Source of the DNA: an uncultured Planctomycetia bacterium
Lineage (GTDB): Bacteria; Omnitrophota; Gorgyraeia; Tantalellales; Tantalellaceae
DNA length: 64,000 nucleotides
Assembly (NCBI GenBank): GCA_964409365.1
Contig: CAYPCX010000001.1
Span: 128,684 to 192,683, forward strand
Reading direction: 5' to 3'
The translations under genes and the position numbers were made by a program. The notes below the pieces were generated by a model. The model had not been told where the DNA came from. It made no database searches and saw only the letters and a program-made list of their open reading frames with translations. Below, piece after piece: positions 19,330 to 28,091 of the stretch (position 1 is its first letter; each line of letters begins with the position of its first letter).

Positions 19330-20069
19330 TCATCTCACATAAGTACAAGTTCATATTTATTAAAAACTGGAAAACAGCCAGCACCAGTATAGAAGGTTAC
19401 CTGGCAAAGTACTGCGGGCAGGATGACGTTATCGCGACAGTCCCTTCGGCCATCGGGATCGACGAAGAGAAAAACGTCAAAGGGCTTTTCAATCCGGTTC
19501 CGGAGATCCTGGATTGTAACAGGATCACCGTGGGCAGGGACTTTTTCGGGATCACGAGCATGCGCAGGACATTGAAGGATTTTGTCACCTTCACTAAGTT
19601 TTATAACCATATGCCTGCTTACCAGGTGCAGAGCAGGGTGCCGAAAAGGATATGGGACACTTATTATAAGTTCTGTTTTGAAAGGAGTCCCTGGGACAAG
19701 GTAATATCCAATTTCTTCATGCTGAAAGGCGCCCATGTGAGAAAATTCATGCCTGATCTTACTTTTGAAAAATATATGGAGGACAAGGTATTCTTATCAT
19801 GCCTGAACTATCCCCGGTATATGGATAATAAACGGCAGGAGAAGGTGATCGTGGACCATATCGGGAAGTATGAGGACCTGGACAGGGAGATGGGGAAGAT
19901 CTGCCAAAAGTTGAATATACCGTATGAGGGCACGCTTGGGATGCATATATACAAAAGCCCCGCTAAAGATGAGGAAAAGGAAGAATATAAGCGCTTACTT
20001 AAAGATAAATACAGCGAGTTGTTCTTGAAGTATTTCAACAAAGAACTGGAATTGTGGGAAAGATTATAA
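19326..20069 (+). CDS. Hypothetical protein, putative sulfotransferase-like
   Basis: N-terminal KFIFIKNWKTASTSIEGYL resembles the PAPS 5'-phosphosulfate-binding loop of Sulfotransfer_2-type proteins (PKxGxTS). The rest of the protein is unassigned. Confidence 0.35.
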   Translation: MIISHKYKFIFIKNWKTASTSIEGYLAKYCGQDDVIATVPSAIGIDEEKNVKGLFNPVPEILDCNRITVGRDFFGITSMRRTLKDFVTFTKFYNHMPAYQVQSRVPKRIWDTYYKFCFERSPWDKVISNFFMLKGAHVRKFMPDLTFEKYMEDKVFLSCLNYPRYMDNKRQEKVIVDHIGKYEDLDREMGKICQKLNIPYEGTLGMHIYKSPAKDEEKEEYKRLLKDKYSELFLKYFNKELELWERL

Positions 20070-20078
20070 GGGAATGAT

Positions 20079-21263
20079 ATGGTAAAGAAACTATTCACGG
20101 GATTAAGGGGATTCTGGCTCGCGCTGGGCGTGGTGCTTATGGTCCTTTTGTGCATGGAGGGCGCTTCGGGGCTTTTCCTGTACGTCAAGGAGGGGGTCTT
20201 GAGGTCCGTAGATCCCAGGGCGGAGGCGGACGTTTATGCCGGGGCCCAATGGACGGAGGATTTCTACAGGACGGCTCTTAAAATGGGCGGGGTAAGATGG
20301 CACCCTTATGTCTACTGGCGAAGGAAGGCATTCGAGAGCGAGTACATAAATGTGGATAAATACGGCGTACGAAAGACGTGGAACAGGGAAGCGTCCGCCG
20401 GAGAGAAGGGAGAGCCCTTCAAGATCTTCATGTTCGGGGGGTCAGCCATGTGGGGAACGGGCGCCAGGGACGACCATACGATACCCTCTTATCTATCTAA
20501 AATGCTGAGCGAAACGATTGAGCGCAGGGTGGAGGTAGTGAATTACGGTGAGATGGGATACGTCAACACTCAGGAGGTCGCCATGCTGCTTTACCAGCTG
20601 AGGAGAGGCAACGTGCCGGATATGGTGATCTTCTACGACAATATAAACGACATAGGGGCGGCCGCGCAGAACAGGGAGGCCGGCCTCACCAACAGCGAAT
20701 TTAACAGGGCCAGGGAATTCAACCTGCTGAACGAAGTGAGGCAGCAGGATCTTTACCTTGAGGCCGTAAGGAGCGCGGCGAAGAATTCTCCTACCATGCG
20801 CCTGATGAAAAAGGTATTGAGGAAGATAGGGCTGCTGAAAAAAGAGCCCCCCCAGGCGGGCTCGGACGGGAAGATCTCCGACAAGCTTGCCGACGATATA
20901 ATAAAGGTATATGAATCGAACATAAAGATGGTAGAGGCGCTGGGAAAAGAATATGGGTTCGAGTCTCTCTTTTACTGGCAGCCGATAGTTCTGGACAAAC
21001 CCCACCTTACGCCTTTCGAGAAGAAGCAGGCCAGGGAATGGATGTATTTCAAGGACTTTTATTTCCAGATGCACGGGAGAGTGGACGGATCGGGGTTCCT
21101 TTCTTCGGATCCCCGGTTCCGGGACTTGAGCGGGATCTTCGCAAATGCGAAAAAACCGTATTTTATAGATTTTTGCCACCTGGGAGAAGCGGGTAATGAG
21201 ATAGTGGCGGAAAACATGTACGAAGATGTGCTTCCGATCATCAAAAAAAGGGGAGAACAATGA
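20079..21263 (+). CDS. Membrane-anchored SGNH/GDSL-like hydrolase or acyl(acetyl)transferase accessory protein
   Basis: N-terminal TM helix (FWLALGVVLMVLLCM). FMFGGSAMWGTG block is a GDSL-block-I-like motif with G replacing D. The 255-aa antisense ORF 20493..21260 is taken as a shadow. Confidence 0.5.
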   Translation: MVKKLFTGLRGFWLALGVVLMVLLCMEGASGLFLYVKEGVLRSVDPRAEADVYAGAQWTEDFYRTALKMGGVRWHPYVYWRRKAFESEYINVDKYGVRKTWNREASAGEKGEPFKIFMFGGSAMWGTGARDDHTIPSYLSKMLSETIERRVEVVNYGEMGYVNTQEVAMLLYQLRRGNVPDMVIFYDNINDIGAAAQNREAGLTNSEFNRAREFNLLNEVRQQDLYLEAVRSAAKNSPTMRLMKKVLRKIGLLKKEPPQAGSDGKISDKLADDIIKVYESNIKMVEALGKEYGFESLFYWQPIVLDKPHLTPFEKKQAREWMYFKDFYFQMHGRVDGSGFLSSDPRFRDLSGIFANAKKPYFIDFCHLGEAGNEIVAENMYEDVLPIIKKRGEQ

Positions 21264-22222
21264 AGCTGGTGATACAGATACCGTGTCATAACGAAGAAGA
21301 GACCCTTCCGGTCACGTTGAAAGACCTGCCGTCGTCCATAGACGGGGTGGGTACCATCGAGAAGGTGGTCATCAACGACGGCTCAACGGATAATACGGTT
21401 GCCGCAGCGTGCGGGAACGGGGTGGACCACATCGTGAACCTGCCGTACAGGCGAGGCCTGGCCGAGGCTTTCAGGCAGGGCATAGAAAAGTCCCTGGAGC
21501 TTGGCGCCGATATTATCGTGAACACGGACGGGGATAACCAGTATAAAGGAGAGGATATCAAGAAGCTCATAAAGCCGATACTGGATAAAAAGGCGGATAT
21601 AGTGGTGGGCTGCCGCGATATCTCGACGATAGAGCATTTCTCGCCGCTGAAGAAACTTCTGCAGAAAGTGGGCAGCCACGTCGTGAGGAGGTTCTCCAGG
21701 ACGGATATCCCCGACACGACAAGCGGTTTCAGGGCGTATTCGAGGGACGCGGCGCTCAGGCTCAATGTCTTTTCCAATTACACGTACACCCTCGAGACGA
21801 TAATCCAGGCGGGCCGCAAAGAGATACCGATAACCCATGTCGAGATAGGCACGAACGAAAAATTAAGGGAATCCCGGCTCATCAAGAGCCTGCCGTCGTA
21901 CGTAGCCAGGTCCTGCGCCACCATGCTGCGCATATACCTTATGTACGAGCCGATGAAGTTCTTCACGAAGGTAGGGACGGTGATATTGTCGCTGGGCGCT
22001 CTGCTCGGCGTGAGGTACCTGTATTTTTTCTTTTTCACGGCCAGGCGCGGCGGACACATGCAGTCGTTGCTTCTCGGGGCGATATTGTTCCTTTCGGGGT
22101 TCATACTGGTCGTCATAGGGCTTCTGGCGGACGTGATAGCCGCGAACAGGAAGCTGAACGAGGAGATACTTTTCCGCCTGAAGAAGAGCGGGTTTTCGGA
22201 CAAGGTCAGGAACAAGGTTTAG
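21260..22222 (+). CDS. Polyprenyl-phosphate glycosyltransferase (GT2, GtrB/ArnC/DPM1-like) with C-terminal TM helices
   Basis: KLVIQIPCHNEEETLPVTLKDL..VVINDGSTDNT..VNTDGDNQY..DTTSGFRAY are GtrB/ArnC motifs. The hydrophobic C-terminus is typical of Und-P sugar synthases. Confidence 0.8.
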   Translation: MKLVIQIPCHNEEETLPVTLKDLPSSIDGVGTIEKVVINDGSTDNTVAAACGNGVDHIVNLPYRRGLAEAFRQGIEKSLELGADIIVNTDGDNQYKGEDIKKLIKPILDKKADIVVGCRDISTIEHFSPLKKLLQKVGSHVVRRFSRTDIPDTTSGFRAYSRDAALRLNVFSNYTYTLETIIQAGRKEIPITHVEIGTNEKLRESRLIKSLPSYVARSCATMLRIYLMYEPMKFFTKVGTVILSLGALLGVRYLYFFFFTARRGGHMQSLLLGAILFLSGFILVVIGLLADVIAANRKLNEEILFRLKKSGFSDKVRNKV

Positions 22223-22264
22223 GTTAAGGTTGAGATTTAAAGACCGTTAAACGCAAAGAACGCG

Positions 22265-23335
22265 ATGAACGCAAAGAACGCTAAAAAAATACTGATGTTG
22301 TCGAGGAAGTATCCTCCTTCCGTCGGGGGCATGCAGGTGTACGCGCGGGACTTCATAGAACACATGGGTGGGATCTACGACGTTGATAAAGTAGTCCTCG
22401 GAAAAGGGCAGGGCCACCTGGTGTGGTTCCTCCCGTACCTTTTCATGAGCTCTTTCGCGCTCAACATGACGCGGGATTATGACCTCGTGTGGTTGTGTGA
22501 CGCGCTTCTCGCGCCGCTGGGAGTCGCGCTTAAAAAAGCGTTCAACGTCAAGGTCGGGGTTACGGTCCACGGGCTGGACATGACCTATGACAGATTTTTA
22601 TACCAGAGCGTGGTTCCCGGGGCCGTTTCACGGCTTGACAGGGTAGTGTGCGTGAGCGGGAACACCAGGGAAGAATGTCTCAAGAGGGGTGTGGACGGCG
22701 ACAGACTATCCGTTATACCCAACGGCATAAGACCGGAAGGGTTCAAATGGGAGTTTTCCGAAACAGAGGGGAAAGAACTGCTCAGAGAGGCCGCCGGCGG
22801 GGATCTGGGGGAAAAGAAAGTATTATTGACGGTCGGAAGGCTTATCAAACGCAAAGGGGTGGACTGGTTCATAGAGAACGTCATGCCGCGCCTTGAAGAT
22901 GATTTTGTCTACCTTATAGCGGGCGCGGGCCCGGAATACGACAATATCGCCGGGACGATAAAAAGATGCGGCCTGTCCGGCCGGGTCAAATTGCTCGGCA
23001 GGGTCAGTGACGATCTCTTAAAGGCCCTGTACAGATTCTCATATGCGATGGTACTGCCGAACCAGAGGATCGAACGGGATCCCGAAGGGTTCGGGATAGT
23101 CGCCATAGAAGCGGCGAGTTGCGGGCTTCCCGTTATAGCCAACCTGGTGGACGGTATAGGCGAGGCCGTGCTGGACGGGAGGACGGGGTGGCTCGTGGAT
23201 TACAATGACGCCGATCTTTTTATCGAAAAGATAAAAAGATCGGTCCTCGAAAGAAGCATAGTGGAAAAAGGCAGCGAGGCCTTCTACTGGCCGAATATAG
23301 CCGGAAGGTATCAAAAGGAGATCGATGCGATATAA
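22265..23335 (+). CDS. Glycosyltransferase family 4
   Basis: LSRKYPPSVGGMQVYARDF N-terminus. C-terminal GT4 block FGIVAIEAASCGLPVIANLVDGIGEAVLDGRTGWLV. An ATG at 22295 is an alternative start. Confidence 0.8.
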   Translation: MNAKNAKKILMLSRKYPPSVGGMQVYARDFIEHMGGIYDVDKVVLGKGQGHLVWFLPYLFMSSFALNMTRDYDLVWLCDALLAPLGVALKKAFNVKVGVTVHGLDMTYDRFLYQSVVPGAVSRLDRVVCVSGNTREECLKRGVDGDRLSVIPNGIRPEGFKWEFSETEGKELLREAAGGDLGEKKVLLTVGRLIKRKGVDWFIENVMPRLEDDFVYLIAGAGPEYDNIAGTIKRCGLSGRVKLLGRVSDDLLKALYRFSYAMVLPNQRIERDPEGFGIVAIEAASCGLPVIANLVDGIGEAVLDGRTGWLVDYNDADLFIEKIKRSVLERSIVEKGSEAFYWPNIAGRYQKEIDAI

Positions 23336-24797
23336 GAGGCTCTTATTCCTGATACCCGGATACAAGGGGTCCCATTATGAGTACGCGGGGCTCCCGACCG
23401 GGGTGGGATATGTTTCCGAGGCTTTGGGCTCTGCCGGCATAGAACAGAGCATCGTGGACATGCGCCTGGGATACGGGTATAAGGACCTCAAAAAACGCAT
23501 CAACTTGTTCAAACCGGATCTTGTGGGTGTTTCCATGATGAGTTTCAGGTACAAGGACCATTATGCGCTCCTGGACAGGATAAAGAAGGACTTCGGTAAT
23601 ATCGATATCGCCGTGGGTGGTCCGCACCTTTCGACTTTCAGGGAGAAAGCGCTTGAGGAATGCAGGTCCATCGATTACGGCGTGACCCTGGAAGGCGAAG
23701 ATACCATTATCGAGCTCTGCAAGGGCGAGAAAGACCCGGACCGGATAAAGGGCCTCATGTTCAGACGCGGCGACGGGATAGCCTATTCAGGTGACAGGGA
23801 ATTCATAACGGACCTGGACGGCAAGGATTTCCCGAGATATGAGCATTTTGAGACGGACAAATACCCGCATTACAGGTCGCTGGTGACGAGCAGAGGGTGC
23901 CCCCATAACTGCATCTTCTGCCCGGTGCAGCTTACGATAGGCAAAAGGCTGCGCATGAGGTCGCCCGAATCGATACTGGAAGAGATAGATCACTGGTACG
24001 GGAAAGGTATTCGCGTTTTCAACGTCGTGGATGACAACTTCACGTTCTATAAGAAGAGGATAATGGATATATGCGAGGGCGTAAGGAAAAGAGGGTACAA
24101 AGATCTCACGTTCAGCTGCAGGAACGGTGTCAGGGCGGACACCGTCGACAGGGAGATGCTGGAAGCGATGAAGGAGATAGGGTTCAATTATCTCGCTTTC
24201 GGAGTGGAATCAGGAAGTGACAAGATGCTGAAGATCATCAAAAAAGGCGAGGGCCTGGCCGCGATCGAGCGTGCCGTCCGGGAGGCGTGCGATCTCGGAT
24301 ACATGGTGACGCTGTTCTTTATCATGGGCCTCCCTTACGAGACCGAGGAAGACGTCGAAAAGTCCCTTGCGCTGGCCATGAAATATCCGGTCTTCGACGT
24401 GAGGTTCTACAACCCGATACCTTTTCCCGGGACCGAGCTCCATGACTGGGTGGAAGAGAACGGTTATTTCAACGACAAGAGCAGGGACTTCCTGAATTCT
24501 TTCTCCCACTGGATAAGCGACCCCGTGTTCGAGACGCCGGAACTGCCCATGGAGAAACGCAAGGCTCTGTACAAGGATATCAATAAAAAGATAAAAAAGC
24601 ATACGTTCAAGACAAAACTTTCTTTCGCGAAAAATATGGAGAAGATGTTCAACGACCTGGGCCTGCCGGGACACCTTAGTAAGGTGCTCGCCAGGCTGTA
24701 TTACACCTCCTTCTTTCAAAGGTTTGTCATCGATTCGGGCCTGGCGTCCAGGCTCAGGAAGTTCCTGAAACTGAAAAGGAGGTCGCGAGCGGCATGA
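23325..24797 (+). CDS. Cobalamin-binding (class B) radical SAM enzyme
   Basis: B12-binding-like N-domain (LVGVSMMSFRYKD..IAVGGPHLS) followed by TSRGCPHNCIFCPV (CxxxCxxC) and a radical SAM core. Second such enzyme in the locus. Confidence 0.8.
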   Translation: MRYKRLLFLIPGYKGSHYEYAGLPTGVGYVSEALGSAGIEQSIVDMRLGYGYKDLKKRINLFKPDLVGVSMMSFRYKDHYALLDRIKKDFGNIDIAVGGPHLSTFREKALEECRSIDYGVTLEGEDTIIELCKGEKDPDRIKGLMFRRGDGIAYSGDREFITDLDGKDFPRYEHFETDKYPHYRSLVTSRGCPHNCIFCPVQLTIGKRLRMRSPESILEEIDHWYGKGIRVFNVVDDNFTFYKKRIMDICEGVRKRGYKDLTFSCRNGVRADTVDREMLEAMKEIGFNYLAFGVESGSDKMLKIIKKGEGLAAIERAVREACDLGYMVTLFFIMGLPYETEEDVEKSLALAMKYPVFDVRFYNPIPFPGTELHDWVEENGYFNDKSRDFLNSFSHWISDPVFETPELPMEKRKALYKDINKKIKKHTFKTKLSFAKNMEKMFNDLGLPGHLSKVLARLYYTSFFQRFVIDSGLASRLRKFLKLKRRSRAA

Positions 24798-25930
24798 AGA
24801 TATTCACCGTTACCATGGTGCCCGTGAACCCGCCGTATGACGATGCGGTGAAGAACATGGTGATAAACATCGCCAGACGCATAAGGAGGCATTCGTTCCT
24901 TCTCGTATCCTCTTTTTTCGGTAAGGCGTTCAGGCGGGAGGCGAACGTCACTTTTCTGCGGTCGGTCTTCCAGAAACAGGGCCGGCACAGTATGTCCTTT
25001 ATGCAGAAATTATACGTGTTCATTATGGTGCTCCTGAACATGGGAAAGGTGGACCTCTTTCAGTTCTTTGTCACCCCGCAGCCGTATTTCTCGCGTGTGT
25101 TCAAGAGACTATTGCAAGACAAGGGCAAAAAGTCCCTCCAGGTAGTGTCTTCCATACACACTCTTTACGGGAAGAACGACGATAAGGTGATAGCGGATCT
25201 CTTTTTCGCGGACCGCGTGGTGGTGTATTCGGATTTCACCAAGAAATCTCTTGAGGAAAAAGGCGTTAAAAACGTGGTGCGCGTTTATCCGGGTATCGAT
25301 TGCGAAAGGTTCGCTCCAAAACCCGGGACGGATAGTTCTTTCAATATCGTGTACGCGGGGTCTTACGGGGTATTGGCCGGGGCTTTCCCTTTCGAGGATC
25401 TCTCCGCTGTCGCGGAAAAGGTGACCGGACGTTTCAAGAAGGCTAATTTTATCATGGCGTGCAGGATAAGAACGGCGAAGGATATACTCCTTCGCAGGGC
25501 CTTTGAAAAAATGGTCGAACGGAAAGGGATGAAAGATAATTTCACGTTCCTGGATACGGTGGAGGACATGCCGGCGCTTTTCAGAAAGAGCGATATCGGG
25601 ATAATGCCGGCAAAGGACGCGATGTCCGGCGTGCTGGAGATACCCATGGTGCTCTTGGAGATGGCCTGCGCGGGTAAACCGGTCATATACGGGGACGTAC
25701 CTCCCCTGGGAGAGCTTGCCGACAAGGGTATCGGGATCATGCTCGCGGACCGGTGTGCCGGGGCCTACGCGGAGAAGATACTCGCGCTTCTGGAGGACAG
25801 GGATTCGGCCGCAAGTATCGGAAAAAGATCAAAGAATGCCGTGGAAAAGTATTTTAACATAGATGTCATGGCCCGGGAGTATGAGAGGATATACGAGGAT
25901 CTGGAGACAGGTCGCAGGAGGAGCGGGTAG
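24794..25930 (+). CDS. Glycosyltransferase family 4
   Basis: C-terminal GT4 motif PAKDAMSGVLEIPMVLLEMACAGKPVIYGDVPPLGEL. Confidence 0.7.
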   Translation: MKIFTVTMVPVNPPYDDAVKNMVINIARRIRRHSFLLVSSFFGKAFRREANVTFLRSVFQKQGRHSMSFMQKLYVFIMVLLNMGKVDLFQFFVTPQPYFSRVFKRLLQDKGKKSLQVVSSIHTLYGKNDDKVIADLFFADRVVVYSDFTKKSLEEKGVKNVVRVYPGIDCERFAPKPGTDSSFNIVYAGSYGVLAGAFPFEDLSAVAEKVTGRFKKANFIMACRIRTAKDILLRRAFEKMVERKGMKDNFTFLDTVEDMPALFRKSDIGIMPAKDAMSGVLEIPMVLLEMACAGKPVIYGDVPPLGELADKGIGIMLADRCAGAYAEKILALLEDRDSAASIGKRSKNAVEKYFNIDVMAREYERIYEDLETGRRRSG

Positions 25931-27456
25931 TGGACGCTAACAGGGGTATAGTCGAGACGCAGTTGGAGAATGTGCGGTATTTCACGCACAGGGATTATCC
26001 GCCGGACGGGAACACCAGGACGATACTGGAGAAGATGGCCCGTGTAGAGGGGGTCGTGAAGCCGGTAGTGGCCCTGCCGGACCTGCATTACAAGTATTCG
26101 TATCACACCCCGACCGGTGTCGTAGTCCTTACCAGGGACAGGATAATACCGAAGTTCGTGAACGCGAACTGCGGCATGAGTTTCGTGAAAACGCCTTTTT
26201 TCGCCGATGAGGTCGATGATAAGAAACTGGACACCCTGTTCGATCACCTGAGGAAAAATATCACCATTTCCACCAGGATGGAACCCGTGATCTCGAGGGA
26301 CGATCTGGAGGAAATAGTGATGAAAGGGGCGGAATGGACCTTTGAGAAGTTCGGCCTGGACGGGCGGGACCTTGCCAATTTTGAGAACGAGGGTTCGCTC
26401 TTTAAATACGACACCAGGTCCGCGGAGAAGATAATGTCTTACGTACCGCGGGCATGCCGTGATGTGGGTCTCTTAAGTCTCGGTGTTCTCGGATACGGCA
26501 ATCATTTCATAGAGCTCCAAGCGGTGGATTCGGTGCTTAACGGCGAGATCGCCGAAAAATTCGGCATATCAGAAAACCAGCTGTGCTTCATGATACACAG
26601 CGATTCCAGGGCGTTCGGTCAGTCCCTGATAGACCATTATTCTAAAAAGACGAAGAGACTTCTGGGGCTGCAGCAGGCCTATAAGAAGATCCATTACATG
26701 GCTCTTGCTTCGCAAAGGGTGCCGCGCCCGGTAAAAAGGGCTTTCGACAGGCTGAACTTTTACCTGAACAGGTTCAAATCTACCGCTTACTGGAAGATGG
26801 ACGCGTTGAACAGAAAGGCGGATATCGATTTCAAGACGATGGGCGCCGGAACGGAAGAGGCCGAGGGCTACCTGGCGAGCACATACGCGGCCATCAATTT
26901 CGGTTATGCCAACAGGGCGTATATGGCTTCCGTGATACGCGACGCGTTCAATAGGGCGTTCGGCAGGGAGGATACACAGGTCAATATACTGCATGACGGC
27001 AATCATGACGCCCTTCAGCAGGAAAGGATAGGCGGCGAGATATACTATGTGCACAGGAACGGGGCTAACAGGGCGCTTCCTCCCGAATGCTTCCCGGACC
27101 ATCCGGTATTTTCCCGGACCGGGCAGCCCGTGCTCCTTCCCAGTTCGCTGGGCAGGCCTTCTTTCCTCTGCGCGGCCGCGAAAGGATGTCCGGCTTCGTA
27201 TTTTTCCACGTGCCACGGGGTGGGCAGGGTGATAGACAGGGGAGAAGCCAGGGAAAAGTTCAGCGCGGACGAAGTCTTTGACGAGGCAAGGTCCGCCAGT
27301 ATGAAGATATACGATTACGGGAAAGGTAAGGCCCAGGAAGAGGCGCCGCGCGCGTTCAAGGACGTGAATAAGGTGCTGGAGACGCTGGCCGAGAATGAGA
27401 TCGCGGAACCCGTGGCCAGGCTCAGACCGTTGGCGGTCCTTAAAGGATGGAGATAA
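25930..27456 (+). CDS. RtcB-family (3'-phosphate/5'-hydroxyl nucleic-acid ligase) homologue, divergent
   Basis: Blocks matching RtcB signatures: ALPDLHYKYSYHTPTGVVV (cf. PDxHxGxGxxIG), LGYGNHFIELQ (cf. GSGNHFxExQ), ILHDGNHDAL, STCHGVGRV (cf. HGAGR), and the C-terminal RLRPLAVLKGW (cf. LxPxxVxKG). 508 aa. Confidence 0.6.
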   Translation: MDANRGIVETQLENVRYFTHRDYPPDGNTRTILEKMARVEGVVKPVVALPDLHYKYSYHTPTGVVVLTRDRIIPKFVNANCGMSFVKTPFFADEVDDKKLDTLFDHLRKNITISTRMEPVISRDDLEEIVMKGAEWTFEKFGLDGRDLANFENEGSLFKYDTRSAEKIMSYVPRACRDVGLLSLGVLGYGNHFIELQAVDSVLNGEIAEKFGISENQLCFMIHSDSRAFGQSLIDHYSKKTKRLLGLQQAYKKIHYMALASQRVPRPVKRAFDRLNFYLNRFKSTAYWKMDALNRKADIDFKTMGAGTEEAEGYLASTYAAINFGYANRAYMASVIRDAFNRAFGREDTQVNILHDGNHDALQQERIGGEIYYVHRNGANRALPPECFPDHPVFSRTGQPVLLPSSLGRPSFLCAAAKGCPASYFSTCHGVGRVIDRGEAREKFSADEVFDEARSASMKIYDYGKGKAQEEAPRAFKDVNKVLETLAENEIAEPVARLRPLAVLKGWR

Positions 27457-27457
27457 G

Positions 27458-28090
27458 ATGATAATAGCTTTTTCGGGTCTGGACGGGAGCGGAAAAACGA
27501 CACAGTCCAGGTTCGCTGAGCAGTACCTCAGGGACAGGGGCTACAGATGTGCCTACAGGCATGCTATAAGGGGCTCGCTGCATTATTTTATACTGCATAA
27601 CCTGGTAGGCAGGGTCTCCGGCCGGGCGAAGGATTCTATGGAGAAGGGTTTAAGGGAAACGGGCGGGGCGAAAGCGTTCTTCGTATCCCTGGTGAAAAAG
27701 ATCTTTCTTTTCCTGGACCTTGTATATTTCAACCTGCGGTACGGGCGTTATAAAGGGCAGACAAAAAGGAATATAATATGCGACCGGTATTTTTACGACG
27801 AGATCGTGCAGGCGGATTATCTAAAAATAGCCGGGAACGCTTTCAACGGCATGTACCGGAAGCTTATACTGGAGCCGGACATTTCTTTTTTCCTGAAAGT
27901 GCGTCCCGAGTCGGCTTTTGAGCGCAAAAAAGAATATAACAGGTCTTATTTTACGCAGAAAGGGAAAGTATACGAGACCTTCGCGCAGCGGATAAAAATG
28001 AACGAAGTTGACGAACAAGACCCGGAGGCGGCAAAGAAGGCCGTACTTTCGGACCTGGAACGGCTATATACGGCACGAGGGACGGTATGA
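27458..28090 (+). CDS. Thymidylate-kinase-like P-loop (d)NMP kinase family protein
   Basis: MIIAFSGLDGSGKTTQ matches the dTMP-kinase Walker A block IxxEGxDGxGKTTQ. Start ATG 27458 is 2 nt after the upstream stop; the track ORF from 27395 is extended. Confidence 0.55.
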   Translation: MIIAFSGLDGSGKTTQSRFAEQYLRDRGYRCAYRHAIRGSLHYFILHNLVGRVSGRAKDSMEKGLRETGGAKAFFVSLVKKIFLFLDLVYFNLRYGRYKGQTKRNIICDRYFYDEIVQADYLKIAGNAFNGMYRKLILEPDISFFLKVRPESAFERKKEYNRSYFTQKGKVYETFAQRIKMNEVDEQDPEAAKKAVLSDLERLYTARGTV

Positions 28091-28091
28091 T

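Noticed and set aside
20493-21260. 255-aa minus-strand ORF opposite the SGNH-like gene
   Set aside because: Antisense shadow. The + strand gene has a TM anchor plus a GDSL-like block and keeps the operon spacing.
25930-27456. Calling the RtcB-like ORF an RNA-repair operon (rtcBA) with an archease or RtcR
   Set aside because: No RtcA cyclase, archease or sigma54-dependent RtcR-like gene is adjacent. The neighbours are glycan enzymes, so only the family-level call is made.
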